A DNA stretch of 64,000 bases from assembly GCA_951406725.2 (NCBI GenBank), contig OX597822.1:47616001-47680000 (forward strand), read 5' to 3'. The position numbers and the translations under genes are program-made. Under the pieces are notes generated by a model that was given only the letters and a program-made list of their open reading frames with translations, was not told the DNA's origin and ran no database searches. Every line of letters starts with the position of its first letter. Within the stretch, counting starts at the first letter, position 1. Shown here one piece after another: positions 40,111-54,699 of this stretch. The stretch is from Octopus vulgaris. Lineage: Eukaryota.

Positions 40111-42836
40111 TATACACACACACACATACATTGTATATTTGTATATGTTACGCACATTAATACTAGGGCGGAACCTGTTTCTTGGTTTGTTTTCTTCCGA
40201 AAAGTAGTTGTACTACACACACATTTTTGATATTAGCATATAAAATTGTATCTCTCTGCATGTGTATATGTATATATATCTTGTATCTTGGGAGAGTCAA
40301 AAATCTTATACAGTTTCATTCTGCGTTCACAGTTACACGCAGTCATTTGCGTATGTCTATACAACACAGATTTGCATGTACAGCACACACATACGCACTC
40401 AGATATTACAAAAACATGTCGTGTAAGACATTTGAAGTATGAAACCATATTGTACTCGGACTAGTTAATATTTTCTCCACAATTAAGCGCTTTCTGTCGT
40501 CTCTTCCGGACGTATTGGTCGACGCTGTTATTGTTAATAACTATCGCGGCCATCACCAACATCGTCGTCGTCGCCACCAACAACACTGCTACTATTCCTG
40601 CTGTCACTACTATTACTACTACTCACTCGTCCTATAACTTACGTATATAATATTAACAGAGGTGTTTGTGTGTCTGCTGTTCTTTAATGTAAGACTGATT
40701 GGATAGTAATATATATATATATATATATACACACACATGCATACGCATATATATTCTTACATGCACTCATACATCGTTCTTTATCTACACACACACAAAC
40801 ACACACATCATTCTTTATTTGGCTTCTAATATAAACAGGTTTCGCTCATGTCGGTGTGTACATAGATACGTATGTGTGTGTGTAAATACATATTTTTTCT
40901 TTCTTAGTAACTTCATTATATATTTGATCTTTCATTAGTATTTTAACTGTGAATGCTCTGCCGGAGCTGTGCCTTCTCTGATTATATATAAATATATATA
41001 TATATATAATGTGTGTGTTGTGTATTCTGTAATTTATATTATTATTTATTGTCAGTTCTTAAAATCACTTTATGCCATTCGTGACCATCTCGTCCTTTTT
41101 ATTTCCAGTATCGGCAAAAAGATTATCGAATGTGTATTTTTTTGTAAGCGGGATATAGTGTGATTTGAGGGAGATATGGCCGCTAGTTCTCGTAGTCCGT
41201 GCGGCTACATGGTCTTCTTATCGACTCGTTATTGAAGCCTCTGGCCAGCAGCGATCCGGCAGAACTAGATTAAGGAGTTCCAGCTGTGATTATTTTGTAT
41301 TTTATTCACTAAAAAAATAGTGCACCTATGGCTACGTTTTATTTAAAGTAATAGAATGTGATACTATGGCAATTTAGCTGCTATTCCTAACAACTCGATC
41401 GACCACATAGTGGCTCCTTCATTCCCACAAGAAGTTCTCGATTTTGTTTACGTGGAGCTGTGTGTGTGAGACTATTTGTATATTTATGTTTGTCTCTTTG
41501 TGTAATGGATACGTTTACCTATCGATATACTGTAATTTATGTATCTGCATTTCTCTCTCACTCGGTTGCCTTTTCGCTTTCACTCTTAAATTGTTCCTTA
41601 AAATAAATCGACAAACTTATCGAAACAGTTAGGGTAACGCTTTGATCGTTCGACTTGCGGGAAAGAGTAGCGAAATACCTCTCGTATCATACACTTTGCT
41701 GTTTAAAAGAAAAAAATTAAAGGCACACTAGTCCATGATTAAAAAAAAAAAAAAAAAAGCGGTGAGATGGTCACGCTTAAAATGTCTTTTAATCATTGGT
41801 CAACTCGATCAAAAGTTGACCTTGGGCTAAATAACATCTCCCTCTCTATCCCATCGTAGTGTACCATATAACAAAGTTCTCATGCTTTCGCAAGGATCTC
41901 ACATTTGAAAGAGTCGATTTATTTTGTCTTTTCAGTAATGATGGTCTCTGTCGACCTCTCATGAGATTTGAAATCCAAAATTGTGAGCGACAAAACTAAA
42001 CAGCTTTAAGAGCTCACATTCTTTTCCTCTCCTTTCTTTGCCCGGCCGTGCTTAAATTAAACAAAACTTTAGCTCTCCACAATCTTCTCCTCTCTCTTTC
42101 TTTATTACTTCTTCTCTTCTCACACTAAATCTCACTGGACTTTTTCCTATTTCTCACATCACTTTCATTTTTTATTCTTTCTGTCCTTCATTTTCTAGCT
42201 TGCGATACCAAAGCGACATCACTTTCGTTTTTTTTTCTCCTCTTTCTTATTCTTAGACAAAGGGCTTGAACCCGAAGCGTTAGATTTATTTAGTTCCTCA
42301 CGGCGATTAGACACCTTCGTCTCTCTCCCCCCTCTCTCTCTCTCATGGCATCACGCCACCGTATCTTCCACTCATACTCTTTTGATATCATAAAGTTTTC
42401 TGTTATTGAAATAAGTTCCCACCCCCATTAGATACACACACACACACACACACAGAGTGAGATCCAATGTAGTCGGGGTAAAAACAGTTAACCTCAAGCA
42501 TAGATAAGGCTTGTATAGATAACACAAAGCAAATGATAATCAATCAATAAAGTTTATTAATCAATTTATTCAATATACTTTGTCCCGTATCGAATTAGAC
42601 ATAAATTCCGATAAGATGACCGCCACTATACAACCCTCGTATATAGCAACAAAGGTTGCTAATTATGCGATATTAATTCTGTGGGTGAATGGAATGGAAT
42701 TGGAATAGGTAGTAATTTACTACACGTGTTTCAAAAGACTCGCTGAACGTGTGTTATGTAACTTTAAGGTACTAAATAGATGTTCTGTGCTCCTTCTCTT
42801 TGGGTTCTTTTCTGTCCAATGTTGTAATTGACAACA

Positions 42837-42867
<31 letters not shown>

Positions 42868-43283
42868 GGATGTTTGCCCTGGTGTTTTCCTCCCACTCCT
42901 GCTTAACAACCGGTGTTGATTTGTTTACGTGCCTGTAACTTAGCGGTTCGGCTATAGAAACTGATAGAATAGGTACCGGTTTTATAAATACGTACTAGGT
43001 TCGATTTGTTCGACTAAACCTTTGAAGAAAGTGCCCCGCATGTCTGCAGTCCATTGAATGAAAGAAGCAAAAGGCAAAAGGTGTATGTATATATATATAT
43101 ATACATATATATATATTTTGGGGAACACATTTGGTCGCATTAACAAAGGGATGTGGATTCTACTCCCACGCGGATAGAAAAGCCTTCTTTTTTCTGTCCC
43201 CTTTATTAGACTATTTTCCTTAGTCATTGCCCGGTGATCGCCATAACCTTTAAGCTTATGTAAAAATACCATTATATATATAT

Positions 43284-43326
<43 letters not shown>

Positions 43327-44076
43327 CTGGCGGTGCCCCAGCATGCCACGGCCTTAGGGCTGAAACGAATAAAAGAATATATATATATATACGACGGGAT
43401 TCCTAACAGTTTCTGTCTACGAAATTCACTGAAGGCATTGGTTAGCTCGGATCTGTAGTAGAAGACTCTTGCCCAAAGTGCCGTGCAGTGGTACTGAACT
43501 CGGAACCACGTTACAAAATATCTCAATGTGACCTTCTACCTGACACCATAAGTTTCATGCCCGTTGTCACGGTGTCCTCAACTGGACACAGCTCCAAAAT
43601 GGCTGTGTTGTTTTCGGGAATCATAAGGACTTCGACTCCATCCTGCCCCTCCTGACCACAAACCACTCGCTTATATACTTCAGTACAAAGATTATAGCCA
43701 ATTTTGGGTCAACGTTGTAATTAATGCTCCTGGTCGTCATCTTTGTATTTCCCAACTCAAAACTCAAGAACACGTATACAAGCGGAAGTATGTCTAACTA
43801 TTTCAGACTGTGTTTTCGTTGAGTCCTCGGCCCTGAATATACAGCAGATAACGCTAAACTGAGAGAATTTCTCTCAATGTTTCGTGGGAGTGCATCTTCG
43901 ATTTGCTGTTTGGAATGGGTGTAGAAACCTCAATCACCCTTCTTAAAATACAGTTATGTTATTTTCTCTTTGCCTTCTCTTGGATTAGATCCAAGGACTA
44001 AAGTAAACTAAGGTAGCTGAACATAAAGTCAGTTATTTTATTTTTATTTGTTTTGTTCAAGAACAAAAAGAAAACT

Positions 44077-44377
44077 GGCTCTCCGGCGGTTACGTTGACG
44101 AGGGTTCCATTTGATCCGATCATCGGAACAGCTTGCTCGTGAAAATAATGTCCAAGTGTCTGAGCACTCCACAGGCATGCGTAACCTTAATGTAGTTCTC
44201 AGGGTCATTCAGCATGACACAGAGTATGTCAGGGCTGGTCCTTTCAAATACAGGTATTACTTAATTTTTGGCAGCTGAATGGACTGGAGCAACGTGAAAA
44301 AGTATCAGAAGGACAGAGCGCACTTCCGGGAATCGAACTCGCGACCTTACGATCGTGAACTGAATACCCCAACCACT
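44077..44377 (-). mobile_element. Chimeric SINE: family C-type head/body with family D-type tail
   Basis: 44265-44377 matches family C (ACGTTGCTCCAGTCCA). 44077-44255 matches the tail of 56398-56778. Confidence 0.7.
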
Positions 44378-44479
44378 TTCGTTAGGATTAGGGTTAAGCG
44401 TGAAATAAAGCCCAAGTAGGAGTTTGCAAATAAACGCCTGCATTCTACTACAGTCAATAATAATAATAATAATGATGAT

Positions 44480-45165
44480 GATGATCCTTTCTACTAAAGG
44501 CACAAGGGCCCCTGAAATTTGGTGGGAAGGGACTAGTCGATTACATCGACCCCAGTACTCAACTGGTACTTAATTTATCGACCCCCGAAAGGATGAAAAG
44601 CAAAGTCAACCTCGGCGGAGTTTGAACTCAGAACGTAGCGACGGGCGAAATACCGCTAAGCATTTTGTCCTGCGCGCTAACGATTCTGCCAGTTCGCCAT
44701 AATAATAATAAAAATAAAAATTTGGCACAAGGCCAGCAATTTTAGGGTAGAGGTAAGTCGATTATATCGATCCCAGTGTTCAAGTGGTTCTTATTTTATC
44801 CTCTCCGAAAGGATGAAAGGCAGAGTAAACCCCCAGTGGCATTTGAACCCAGAACATGAAGACGGACGAAATGTCGCTAGGCATTTTGGTCGGCGTGCTA
44901 ATGATTCTGCCAGCTCGCCGCCTTCATATTAATAACGATGCTGCTGCTGATGACGATACTTTCTGACTTAGGTATAAGGCCAGCAATTTTAAGGAGAGAA
45001 GGTTTGTCGATACTATCGGCCCAATACTTCACTTATACTTTATTTTGTCGGCCTGAAAAGGGTGAAAGACAAAGTTAACCTAAGCGCGATTTGAGCTCGG
45101 AATCTAAAGAACCGGGGGAAACAAAACAAGGCATTTCGGTTGAAACTAACGATTCTGCCAGCTAC
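44480..45165 (-). mobile_element. Family B SINE array (three units of differing divergence)
   Basis: Repeated CGATTCTGCCAG heads and CACAAGG/TAAGGCC tails separated by (AAT)n or (GAT)n. Confidence 0.8.
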
Positions 45166-46379
45166 AGAGGCTTCGGATGTAGAGGACACTACACAGACCA
45201 GGTTACATAAAGTGTGTGTGTGGGGGGTTTATGCGGAATTCTAATGAGAGGATGAGGTAAAAAATACGCATACTGTAACAAATGAGGATTGAACCGGTTA
45301 TTCTGATCAATCAAGGAACCCATAGATCTAGGAGTTAATCGCGACTGTCATTCTCTGATCTGTAGACAGGTACACGCTGAGAGCAGACCCACTCATTGTT
45401 CCTATTTTCGCCCGTCACTCAAATTTGCACAAATTTTACTATAAGAAACGTAAATAGAAGGGCTTAACTCTGGAAAATGAGTATTGATTATATATTTTAA
45501 AGCACGAATGGGAGCGGGGATACAAAGGCATGTCTGTGTGGTTAAAAAGCTCACATTGTAACCAAGTGGTTTCGGGTCCAGGCCCAATGCGCGGTACATT
45601 AGGGGTTTGCTATTATAGCCTCGGGCCGACAATAGCTTTGTGAGTGAATTTTGTAGACGGAAACCATCGTGTGTGTGTGTGTTCCTCACCGCTTGACAAC
45701 TGATGTTGATTTGTTTACATCCTTGCAACTTAGCGGTTGGACAAAAAAAAAAAAGTACCGTAAATTTGGGGGCTTTAAATTTGGTAAAAAGTACCCTAAT
45801 TTTTTTTTTGGGGGGGACTTAAAATTTGGATAAAAGGTTTTGTAAGGGATTATAATACTGTCCATGTATAAGAAACTCCCATATTTTTTCAACCTAATTT
45901 TTGACAAAAAAGGGTTCCTTATACACGTTAAAATACGCTATATTATAAATACCAGACTTTTATAAAAAATAAAAAAAAAATTACTGGGATCGACTTGTTT
46001 GACTAAAAATTTCAAAGTAATAGCCTCAGCATGACCGCAATCCAATGCCTAAAGCAGATTAATGATTAAAAAAAAAAGATCTGGATGAGGTTGCAGGCGA
46101 TATAAATTATTTTCACTCTCACTTGTATTTAACTTAATCATGAAAGACGCAAACAAATGGATACCCTCATTTTGTAAAGGCGGTACGATTTGATATGAGG
46201 GAGACTTAGATGCTGATTCTAACAGGTGTGTCACGCAGACGCTGCTCGCATTTAACTCTTTCAGCAAACCCGAAACGAAGACATGTAATGCGATTTGATT
46301 TCAGAATGAAATGCGACGTAAAGATAATGCTGACGACGACGATGGATGAAATGGAATGAACTGAATTCGGGCCAATGTA

Positions 46380-46427
<48 letters not shown>

Positions 46428-46437
<10 letters not shown>

Positions 46438-46725
46438 AAAGTAAGGTTGTGGGCTGTCTGTCTCCTACGATTTAGATTCCTAACTACTCCCACATTTTGC
46501 GGTGCAGTTTAACCAAAACCGGGTATCTTATAGTCGTGATTCATATCGAGCCCTTCTGGGTAATAGCGCGCGTCTACGATGAGTCTCAGAACGTAAAAAG
46601 TTACAGTAACACCCACCCCCTTTGTGGTTAGCCATATTGAGATGGCTATTATACTTTACATCTCTAAAAATGCTTATATAGTTATTTCCCTTACAAACCC
46701 GAGCAACGCCGGGCGATACTGCTAG
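46428..46725 (+). mobile_element. Non-autonomous Helitron inserted in a (TA)n tract
   Basis: TATATATAAAAG start with GTCTGTC. 3' hairpin CCCGAGCAACGCCGGG then CTAG|T. Confidence 0.7.
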
Positions 46726-46782
46726 TATATATATATATATATATATATATGTGCATACACACATACACGTATATGCCTCCCC

Positions 46783-46841
<59 letters not shown>

Positions 46842-46875
46842 TGTATATGTATGTATTTGTATGTATATGTATAGT

Positions 46876-46916
<41 letters not shown>

Positions 46917-47409
46917 CGTGCACATTTACATAGGTTTGTATATATATGTGCGTGTGTGCATATTCATGTAGGTATGTATGTGTGTCTGTGTGTGTGCGCA
47001 CGCGCGCACGTACGTACCTGAAATGTATGATTCGATATTCATGTACATATATCAATATATTTGTATATCTGCGTTTTTATCTCAACATATCTCTGTCCTT
47101 CGTTGTCTCTCTCTCTCTCACTATAAACATACGCGCGCGCGCATTTACATTATCTATCTATCTATTTATCTTTCTTTCTATTTATCTTTGTGTGTGTGTT
47201 CATGTTTGACTTTCCCAGTTCTATATATAAAATTGAACCAGTTCTGCCACGTTGTTGTCCCTCAGTCGTGTTCCTGTCATTGATTTTGCCTCGCATTATT
47301 GATTACAAACAATATCATGAACCTGAGGAGGCCTGCTTATACTCACTCGCAGTAGCGGCCATGTTGGAGAGATAAACCTGGTATAGTTACTTGCTTGCTT
47401 GTTTTGGCG

Positions 47410-48075
47410 CTGATGGTGATGATTGAGGTGTAGTAGCAGTAGTAATACTAGTAATACTAGAGGCAGTGATGGTGGTAGTTGCAGTAGTAGTGGCGGTGGT
47501 TGCACTTGTGTTTACCATTGGTGTCTGTGGTTAGTGGTATATGTGGTTGCCAGCGGGATGCGGGGTAATGGTTTTAGTAGTAGTAATAGTGTGGCAGTGG
47601 TGGTATTTGAAATTAACGTGGAGTGTAGGATATCGGGGATGGTATTGATATTGTAGTAGTAGTAGTAGTAGTAGTAGTTGTGGTCGCTATTGTGGGTAGT
47701 GGTTTTAGTGTTGTGATTACCATTGGGAAAGGTGGTGGTGGTGGTATAAGTGTCTGTTTTTGAAGGTAGTGCTGTTAGTATTGGTAGTCACTGTAATTCA
47801 TTGTAGGGGTGGCTGTATAAGTGGTGGCCATTGTGTGTGGTGGTGGCTATGGTAGTATTTGTGCTTGTCATTTTGAGTGGCGGCTGCAAGTGGAGGTATC
47901 GGTGATTCTCATTGTGGCAATGTTTGTCGTATTTAGTGGTTGTGATATTGTGTAGTGGTGGTAGTAGAAAAGGAGGTAACAGTGGTTGTCGTATTGGGTA
48001 GTGGTAGTAGTGAAAGTGTATCTGTCATTGTAGGTGGTGGTAGTAGTAGTGTTGGTGGTGGTATTAGTGGTTGTA
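47410..48075. repeat. Degenerate (TAG/TGG/TTG)n trinucleotide field
   Basis: Directly visible; G/T-skewed. Confidence 0.85.
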
Positions 48076-48830
48076 GGATGTGATTTTAGGAAGGTTTAAT
48101 TGGTCGTAATGGAATGTGTGGTTCGAAGGTGTTAGTGTTGGTATTTCAAGTTATTTTTCTGGATTGTGTTGACGTTTAACAGACCTATATTGAAGAGTGT
48201 TCTAACCATGACCATCCCATTTATACTTTTCAAGCATAGAGTGTCTAGAACAACATTATCAAATGTGTCTTAAGCACAGTCCTACCTTTTCTCAGTACAC
48301 AGTCTTGTCATTTCACTGACCTCTGTCTTATGAAATCTAGACATCAACAAAGTCTCCGAATTTTGTGAGACAGGCGCCTCAACCCTCGCCTCAATTCATC
48401 ATGTTATGTGATTCGAAAGCTTTTTATCGATCTTTGCTGTTGTTATTGATTCACCAGGGGCGGTTTTTAACGTAACTCACCTTCTTCTATCTTTACACTT
48501 TGCTGTAAAACTCAACGTGACTCCAAAGTTCACGGTACATAATGACGATTATTATTAAGGCAGCAGAGCCAGATAGATCTGTAGACACAGACGCGCGCCT
48601 ACACACACACACACACACACTCACACACACACACAACTTGGGCAAAGGAGCACTGTTATATGATTGATAGGTTATATATATATATAAAAGCAGATGTTCT
48701 TAACTACTAAGCCGCGAATGATCCACAAGTATGCCATGCCGCGAGTCCAGAAATGACAGTTACTTAAAGAGCTTCAGTGATTTATATACACCTCACGTCA
48801 TATGCATATATGTTTCATTCGGTGCGAAGT

Positions 48831-48901
<71 letters not shown>

Positions 48902-48915
48902 TGTGTGTGTGTGTG

Positions 48916-49217
48916 TGGAGACGCAATGGCCCAGTGGTTAGGTCAGCAGACTCGCTGTCGTGAGGATCGCGGTTTCGATTCCCAGACCGGGCGTTGTGAG
49001 TGTTTATTGAGCGAAAACACCTAAAAGCTCCACGAGGCTCCGGCAGGGGCTGGTGGCGATCCCTGCTGTACTATTTCACTACAACTTTCTCTCACTCTTT
49101 TTTCTGTTGGCCTGCTCGCTTAGCCAGCGGGGTGGCGTCATTGAGGGCTAAAACAATGCGAAGCGCATTGTGACCAGCGATGTGTAGCAACATCTGATGG
49201 CCTAGTCGGTCACGTGA
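48916..49217 (+). mobile_element. Family D SINE, tail variant 1
   Basis: GGAGACGCAATGGCCCAGTGG A box and GGTTTCGATTCCC B box. Shares its 5' about 190 bp with the 56398 copy, then diverges. Confidence 0.85.
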
Positions 49218-52200
49218 TATATATATGTATGCATACATACATATGTGTGTGTGTGTAAAGGGTATCACCAGCGAGTAAAAAATACATAAACACGATAGAA
49301 AAGTACTGGACAAAATACCCAAAGAGGATAACTCCTCATCAGTTGTTGGACTGTTTATTACTCATATTACGTGCTTTTAACGACAATGTAGGGAACATCA
49401 TAAGACAGCAGCATCCAAACACACACCCATGGTCGTTTTAAAATATATAACCGTATAAAGCACATCGTTTATCAGGGTAATACTGAGACATATATAGTGT
49501 CGGTATATTCACAGTTATTTATTCGAAAGTGTGAACTGTGAAAACATGCTGTAGTAGAGAGATTAAGTGTGAATCTACTTATAGAGCTCTTTCGGGATGG
49601 GGGGGAGATTGTCTCTTTCAGACAAAATACACATTTAGTAACTAGATATTTAAATCATGGCCTCCCAAGACCGACGGATGACTACTACTACTACTACTAT
49701 ATAGTAGTAGTAGACATCCTTGCCTCCGAAACGCGGAGTAGATGAAACAGGAACAACTGAAGAAGGAGAATATTCTTTATGTTGCATGTCTCGTTTCTCT
49801 GGGGGGTTTTTTGTTGTTCGAAAAAAAGTTCGTTTCTATGCTTTTGTTTTCGTTTCTCATTGTGTTCAACGTTTTTTTTAATGTCCTGTATCCATATATG
49901 CATGTATACATACATATATATGTAGGTATGTACATATATGTATGTATATATGCATATATTTATATATTATTTATATTATTATTGTGTACGACGAACATTT
50001 CTTATGTCTACCAAATGCCAATTGCAAAGCATTGGGGCACGGAAGAATTGAGTAGAAGGCGCTTACTCAAAGTCTGACGTAGTGCATTCAATCTCTTAGT
50101 TTTCTTAGCTCAATTTCAGCCGTGATCCAGCGGACCTGTCCGCAGAGACGCTCTAATTCTGACCATTCCGTCTCTTTCTGCGTTCATCATTGTCCAAAGT
50201 ATCTTTCGATTATTTTTAAAGATTGTTTGGTGTTATTTAACGATCCGGCCTCTGTTTCCTGACAGGTTTAGTGACCAGGTAACGGCTTCATCATATTGGC
50301 TCCCAATCACTTCTGTTGTTGTTGTAGTTCACTCTCAAGTTGACCCTTACCCAAATCACACACGCAAGCGCCCCCCCCTCTCCCGCATATATACATATAT
50401 CGTATTGAAATGTCTTATACGTCGCACCCCTAATTTAATGTTAGATCTTGGTACAGAATTCTTTACCTTCATAGATTTAGCTTTGCTCCGCCTACTATCA
50501 ATTAAAATCACTTATAAAATTGTGCGACTTACACACGAGTAAATACGCTACGTGTATATAAATGTGTGTGTCCTAGATATATATAAAAGACATGATAGTC
50601 TCGACTTAGTTTTTTAACCTCCAATTCAGCCTTGTTCCAGCAAACCTCTGATCAAAGACATTCCTGTGTAGACTTTTTTTTCCTTCGTGTGTTTTCCTTA
50701 CAGAAAAGGAGCGGTAGGGCATGGAACTTGACGAAAATATAGCTACTATTTACAGCACCTCAAAAGACTGTGCAGAAACTAGCTCGTCTATTTGTTGAAA
50801 CTTGCACGTTTCTTTGCATGTTTTAAACAGTAAACATATTTTCACGAAAACTTGATAATCGGGATAGAGATAGAAAATAATTTTGCAGACATGTAAAAAA
50901 AAGTTGTTTTTTTTAGCTCATAAATCTGACAAAAAGGAAAAAAATATAACAGTTGTTTTGTTGTTATTCACGTCATTTAGAATTATTTCGAATCATTTGC
51001 CAGCCTTATCACATTTTGTCATTTCTATCCATTTTATCATTGTGTTCGTTTCCTTCTCTTTATCTTTCTCTCCTCGTATCTGCCTCTCCCTTTTTGTTTT
51101 CTGTATCTGTCTCTAGTTGTATGTTTGTCTCTCTTTGTTCGTCTCTGTTTTTCTTATATTTTCTCTCACTATCTCTTTGCATCTGTTTATCTCTCTATGT
51201 ATCTAGATATCTATCTCTTTTTAGTATCTACCTTTCTCCTTTTTCGTACTACCCTCTCTGTTTGTGCCCGTTTGTCTCTTGTATCTATGTATCTATCTTT
51301 CTTTGTTTCCGTCTACTTCTCTCTCTTCGTATCTCTCTTCGTTTGTCTGTCTCTCTTAGTTTTGTATCTGTTTCTATTTGTTTAACCTTTCTCTCTCCCT
51401 CTCACTCTACGAATATTTGGCTCACTCAGGAAAGGGGAATTTCCAGCGTGGCTTGGATTTCTGGTAAGATCGGTTACATCAAGCATTTTGTGCAGTTTTT
51501 GGTTATGAGACACAGGTAACGAAGTAAATGAATAGACTGGCCGCATGGATTACTATCTCAGACGTATTAAGTGTAATACTATCATGGCGTTTGTTGTTTA
51601 GTCCCAGGTCAGATCCGGGGGTGGGGGGTCTTCAGTTTTGCACAGTTTTTTTTTGTCTCCCCATGCTAAACAATTTTTAGTCGAATGAATTATTTTTTAA
51701 GACTAGTACTTATTTTATCAGTCCCTTTGGCAGAACCGCTAAGTTACAGAGACGTAAACACAACACCAGTGGTGAGGAACAGACACAGACACAAAGGCAC
51801 GCACACCTATATACATACATATATATATATATATACACGACGGGCTCCTTTCAGTTTCTGTTTACTAAATCCACTCACAAAGCTTTGATTGCTCCGAGGC
51901 TATAGGAGAGAACACTCGCCCAAGGTGTCATGCTGTGGGACTGAACCTGGGACCATGTGGTTGGGAAGCAAGCTTCTTATCACACAACTACGCCTGCTTA
52001 TGGGTATATAGCATTCTTTTTTTTTTTTCTAATGGAGTTAAAGGAACAAATTTCAAGACCGGTTATATAGCTAATGGCCGTGTCTGTGGAAATATACAAA
52101 ACTATAACCTGTAGCTGTAGAACACTTATCTTTGGATTGCGGCCATGATGGGGCACCACTTTGAAGAATTTTAGTCGAACGACTTGACCTGGTTTAGTTT

Positions 52201-52415
52201 TCAAACCTGGTATTTATTCTATCGAGATCTTTTTGGCAAACCGCAAGTTACAGACATAAATACAACGACACTGGTTGTCAAGTAGTGGTGGACAAACGCA
52301 GAGGCACCCCCTCCTTTCTGCACACACATATATTCGATGGGCTTCTTTCCGTTTCCGCCTACCAAATGGGTTGAATTTATCTTTTATCTTTCGTCGCGAT
52401 CGATAAAAATCTGTA

Positions 52416-53062
52416 CAGTAATCCCTCGCCATATCGCGATTCACCTATCGCGGTTTATTATTTAAGCTTACGTCGATTCCTCCGTGGTCTTGTTTTGCAT
52501 TTATAATAAAATAAATAGGATCTTTTCGGTTTGAACTGCAGTTTTTTCTAGCGGTGTCATATGAAATTGTCACCCATAATTATGACCCTAGTATCGATCT
52601 ATTGCATTTCAATCTGTTTTAGGGTTAGGGGTGGGGGAAGGGTATCTTTTTTCTTCAGAAATGTAAATAAACCCAATCTGTTTCTTAAACGAGGGACATT
52701 TTCATACGGCACAGAATATTTTCAGCTCAATAGACGTCATTGATTGGTTGAAACTGCAGAAATCGAAGAAAAAACAACAACAAATATCTTACAAACTATA
52801 GAATTTACTCAATAAAGGCAAGAGAGAAAGATGTTTTATAAACACATTCTACCAGTATACGAAGTTTAAAAGAGTTTAGTTACGTGGAAATTATTTTAAA
52901 AAACTGCCGTTCAAACCGAAAAGATCCAATAAATATATACACATTATAAAAATAATAATAATAAAAAAAACTATACAGTACAGTTCTGTTTCTACTTCGT
53001 AGATTTTCACCTATCGTGGTAGGGTTTGGAACGTAACATCCGCAATAGTCGACGGATTACTG
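52416..53062. mobile_element. Tigger-type MITE hosting a nested MITE
   Basis: TA-CAGTAATCCCTCG...CGACGGATTACTG-TA. Confidence 0.8.
52518..52927. mobile_element. GG-terminated MITE with 8-bp TSD (Merlin-like), copy 2
   Basis: Highly similar to 36536-36951. Perfect TSD AATAAATA. Confidence 0.9.
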
Positions 53063-53551
53063 TATTTTGTTTGTGACGCGTTCATCTGTTTGAATTTTAC
53101 TGCCAACAGATTAAACTATGGAACGAAATCGAAGGCATAATCGATATATTCAACATAATGAAGCAAGTTCAAGTGTTGCGCATTAGATAACTTTTGACTG
53201 TGGGTCGAAATCAGAGACATTAACATAATAATGTAAGAATGTTGGGAATTTATGCTATAAATTTACACATCAAATTAGAAATCAGAACATTTATAAAACA
53301 CGTAACGTCCTCATACCTTGCTAGTTTATTGATTACATAAGATGTCTCTTAGGTCAAATTTCACTGTTTACAATAATAAGTAAATAAATGAAACTAGCGG
53401 TGCTCCAGATTCGCCACAGATTTAGAGCTGAAACGTATAAAAGAATAAGATTTAAATAATTGTGATCACGGCTTGAGCCCCCTTGGTTTATTCGATTGGT
53501 GCTTACCTGGGGCTAAAATAATTACATGTAGAACTGGTCTGTAGTCACATA

Positions 53552-53878
53552 CATACACGCCACAACTTACGTCATTTCGAGTTGTGTCTTTCGCGACTTT
53601 ACTTTTGTTTTTAAGAAATAAACTCCAACACCAGTCCATTTATGTGACTTTACGTCGGTCACAGCGAATATATTTAAAGGTTTGAACCCCCCCCCCAAAA
53701 AAAAAAACAACATTGAAGAGGCAAATCAAATAGAATACATGTGAAAATATGTACAAACCACTTATTAAAACATATATGAGCTTATAAATGCTTAAAAATA
53801 GTTATTCGTGTTACGTCGTTTTTCGATTTAAGTCGCGTCTGTTGGAGCCAATTACCATCCTAAGTTGAGGTATGCCTG
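53552..53878. mobile_element. Tigger-derived MITE related to the 8473-12570 element
   Basis: Right end TTAAGTCGCGTCTGTTGGAGCCAATTA...GAGGTATGCCTG-TA matches 12520-12572. Left TIR degenerate. Confidence 0.6.
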
Positions 53879-54522
53879 TAATATTCATTCTATAATGGCG
53901 TTCCATGTAATTTTAACATTTGTATTTCGTATCTTACGTTTGGGATAAACAATCCTGGTGATAGTCAAATTGTACAATTTGTCATGTTTCATTTTTGTAT
54001 ATGTTGTGTTGACGTAACAAAATCTACAAGTGGGTGAGGGTTGGTAGAAGATAAAGAGGAATATTTCTTCCTACCTCTTCACCTCCCACCAACACCACCA
54101 ATACTTGAAACAATGCATAAACAACTAGAATATCCGGGTTTCCTGTGTTGTTGTGTTCTAGACCAGATGATAATAGGCCAGAAATGCGACGTGTTCAGAA
54201 GGGAGAAACAGACGTAAAAGAATGATAATTATAATCCTTCGTACTATAGGCACAAAGAGTAAGCCGATTATATTTACTCCAGTGCTCAACTGGTACTTAT
54301 TTCATCGACCCCAAAAAGATGAAAAGCTAAGTCGACCTCGGCGGAATTTGAACGCAAAACGTAAACACCGACGAAATGCCGCTAAACATTTTGTCTGGTA
54401 TGCTAACGTGTCTGCCCGCTCTCCCACCTTAACAACAACAACAACAATAATAATAATCATCCTCTCTACCAATGGCACAAGGCCTGAAATAATAATGATA
54501 ATAATGGTTTCAAATTTTAGCA

Positions 54523-54588
54523 CAGTGGTTCCCAACCCTTTTTATTTAAATGAGTTTATCCACGGACCCCTTTTAATATGCTTATCCT

Positions 54589-54645
<57 letters not shown>

Positions 54646-54699
54646 GAATTTAGTTCACAGACTTCCAGCACCTTTACGGCTCCAGGTTGGGAACTACTG
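54523..54699. mobile_element. hAT/Charlie-type MITE inserted in a family B SINE tail
   Basis: TIR CAGTGGTTCCCAACC / GGTTGGGAACTACTG. Perfect TSD TTTTAGCA. Confidence 0.9.

Noticed and set aside
42468-42632. Possible solo LTR (TGTAGT...ACTATACA with AATAAA)
   Set aside because: No TSD and no second copy in the window.
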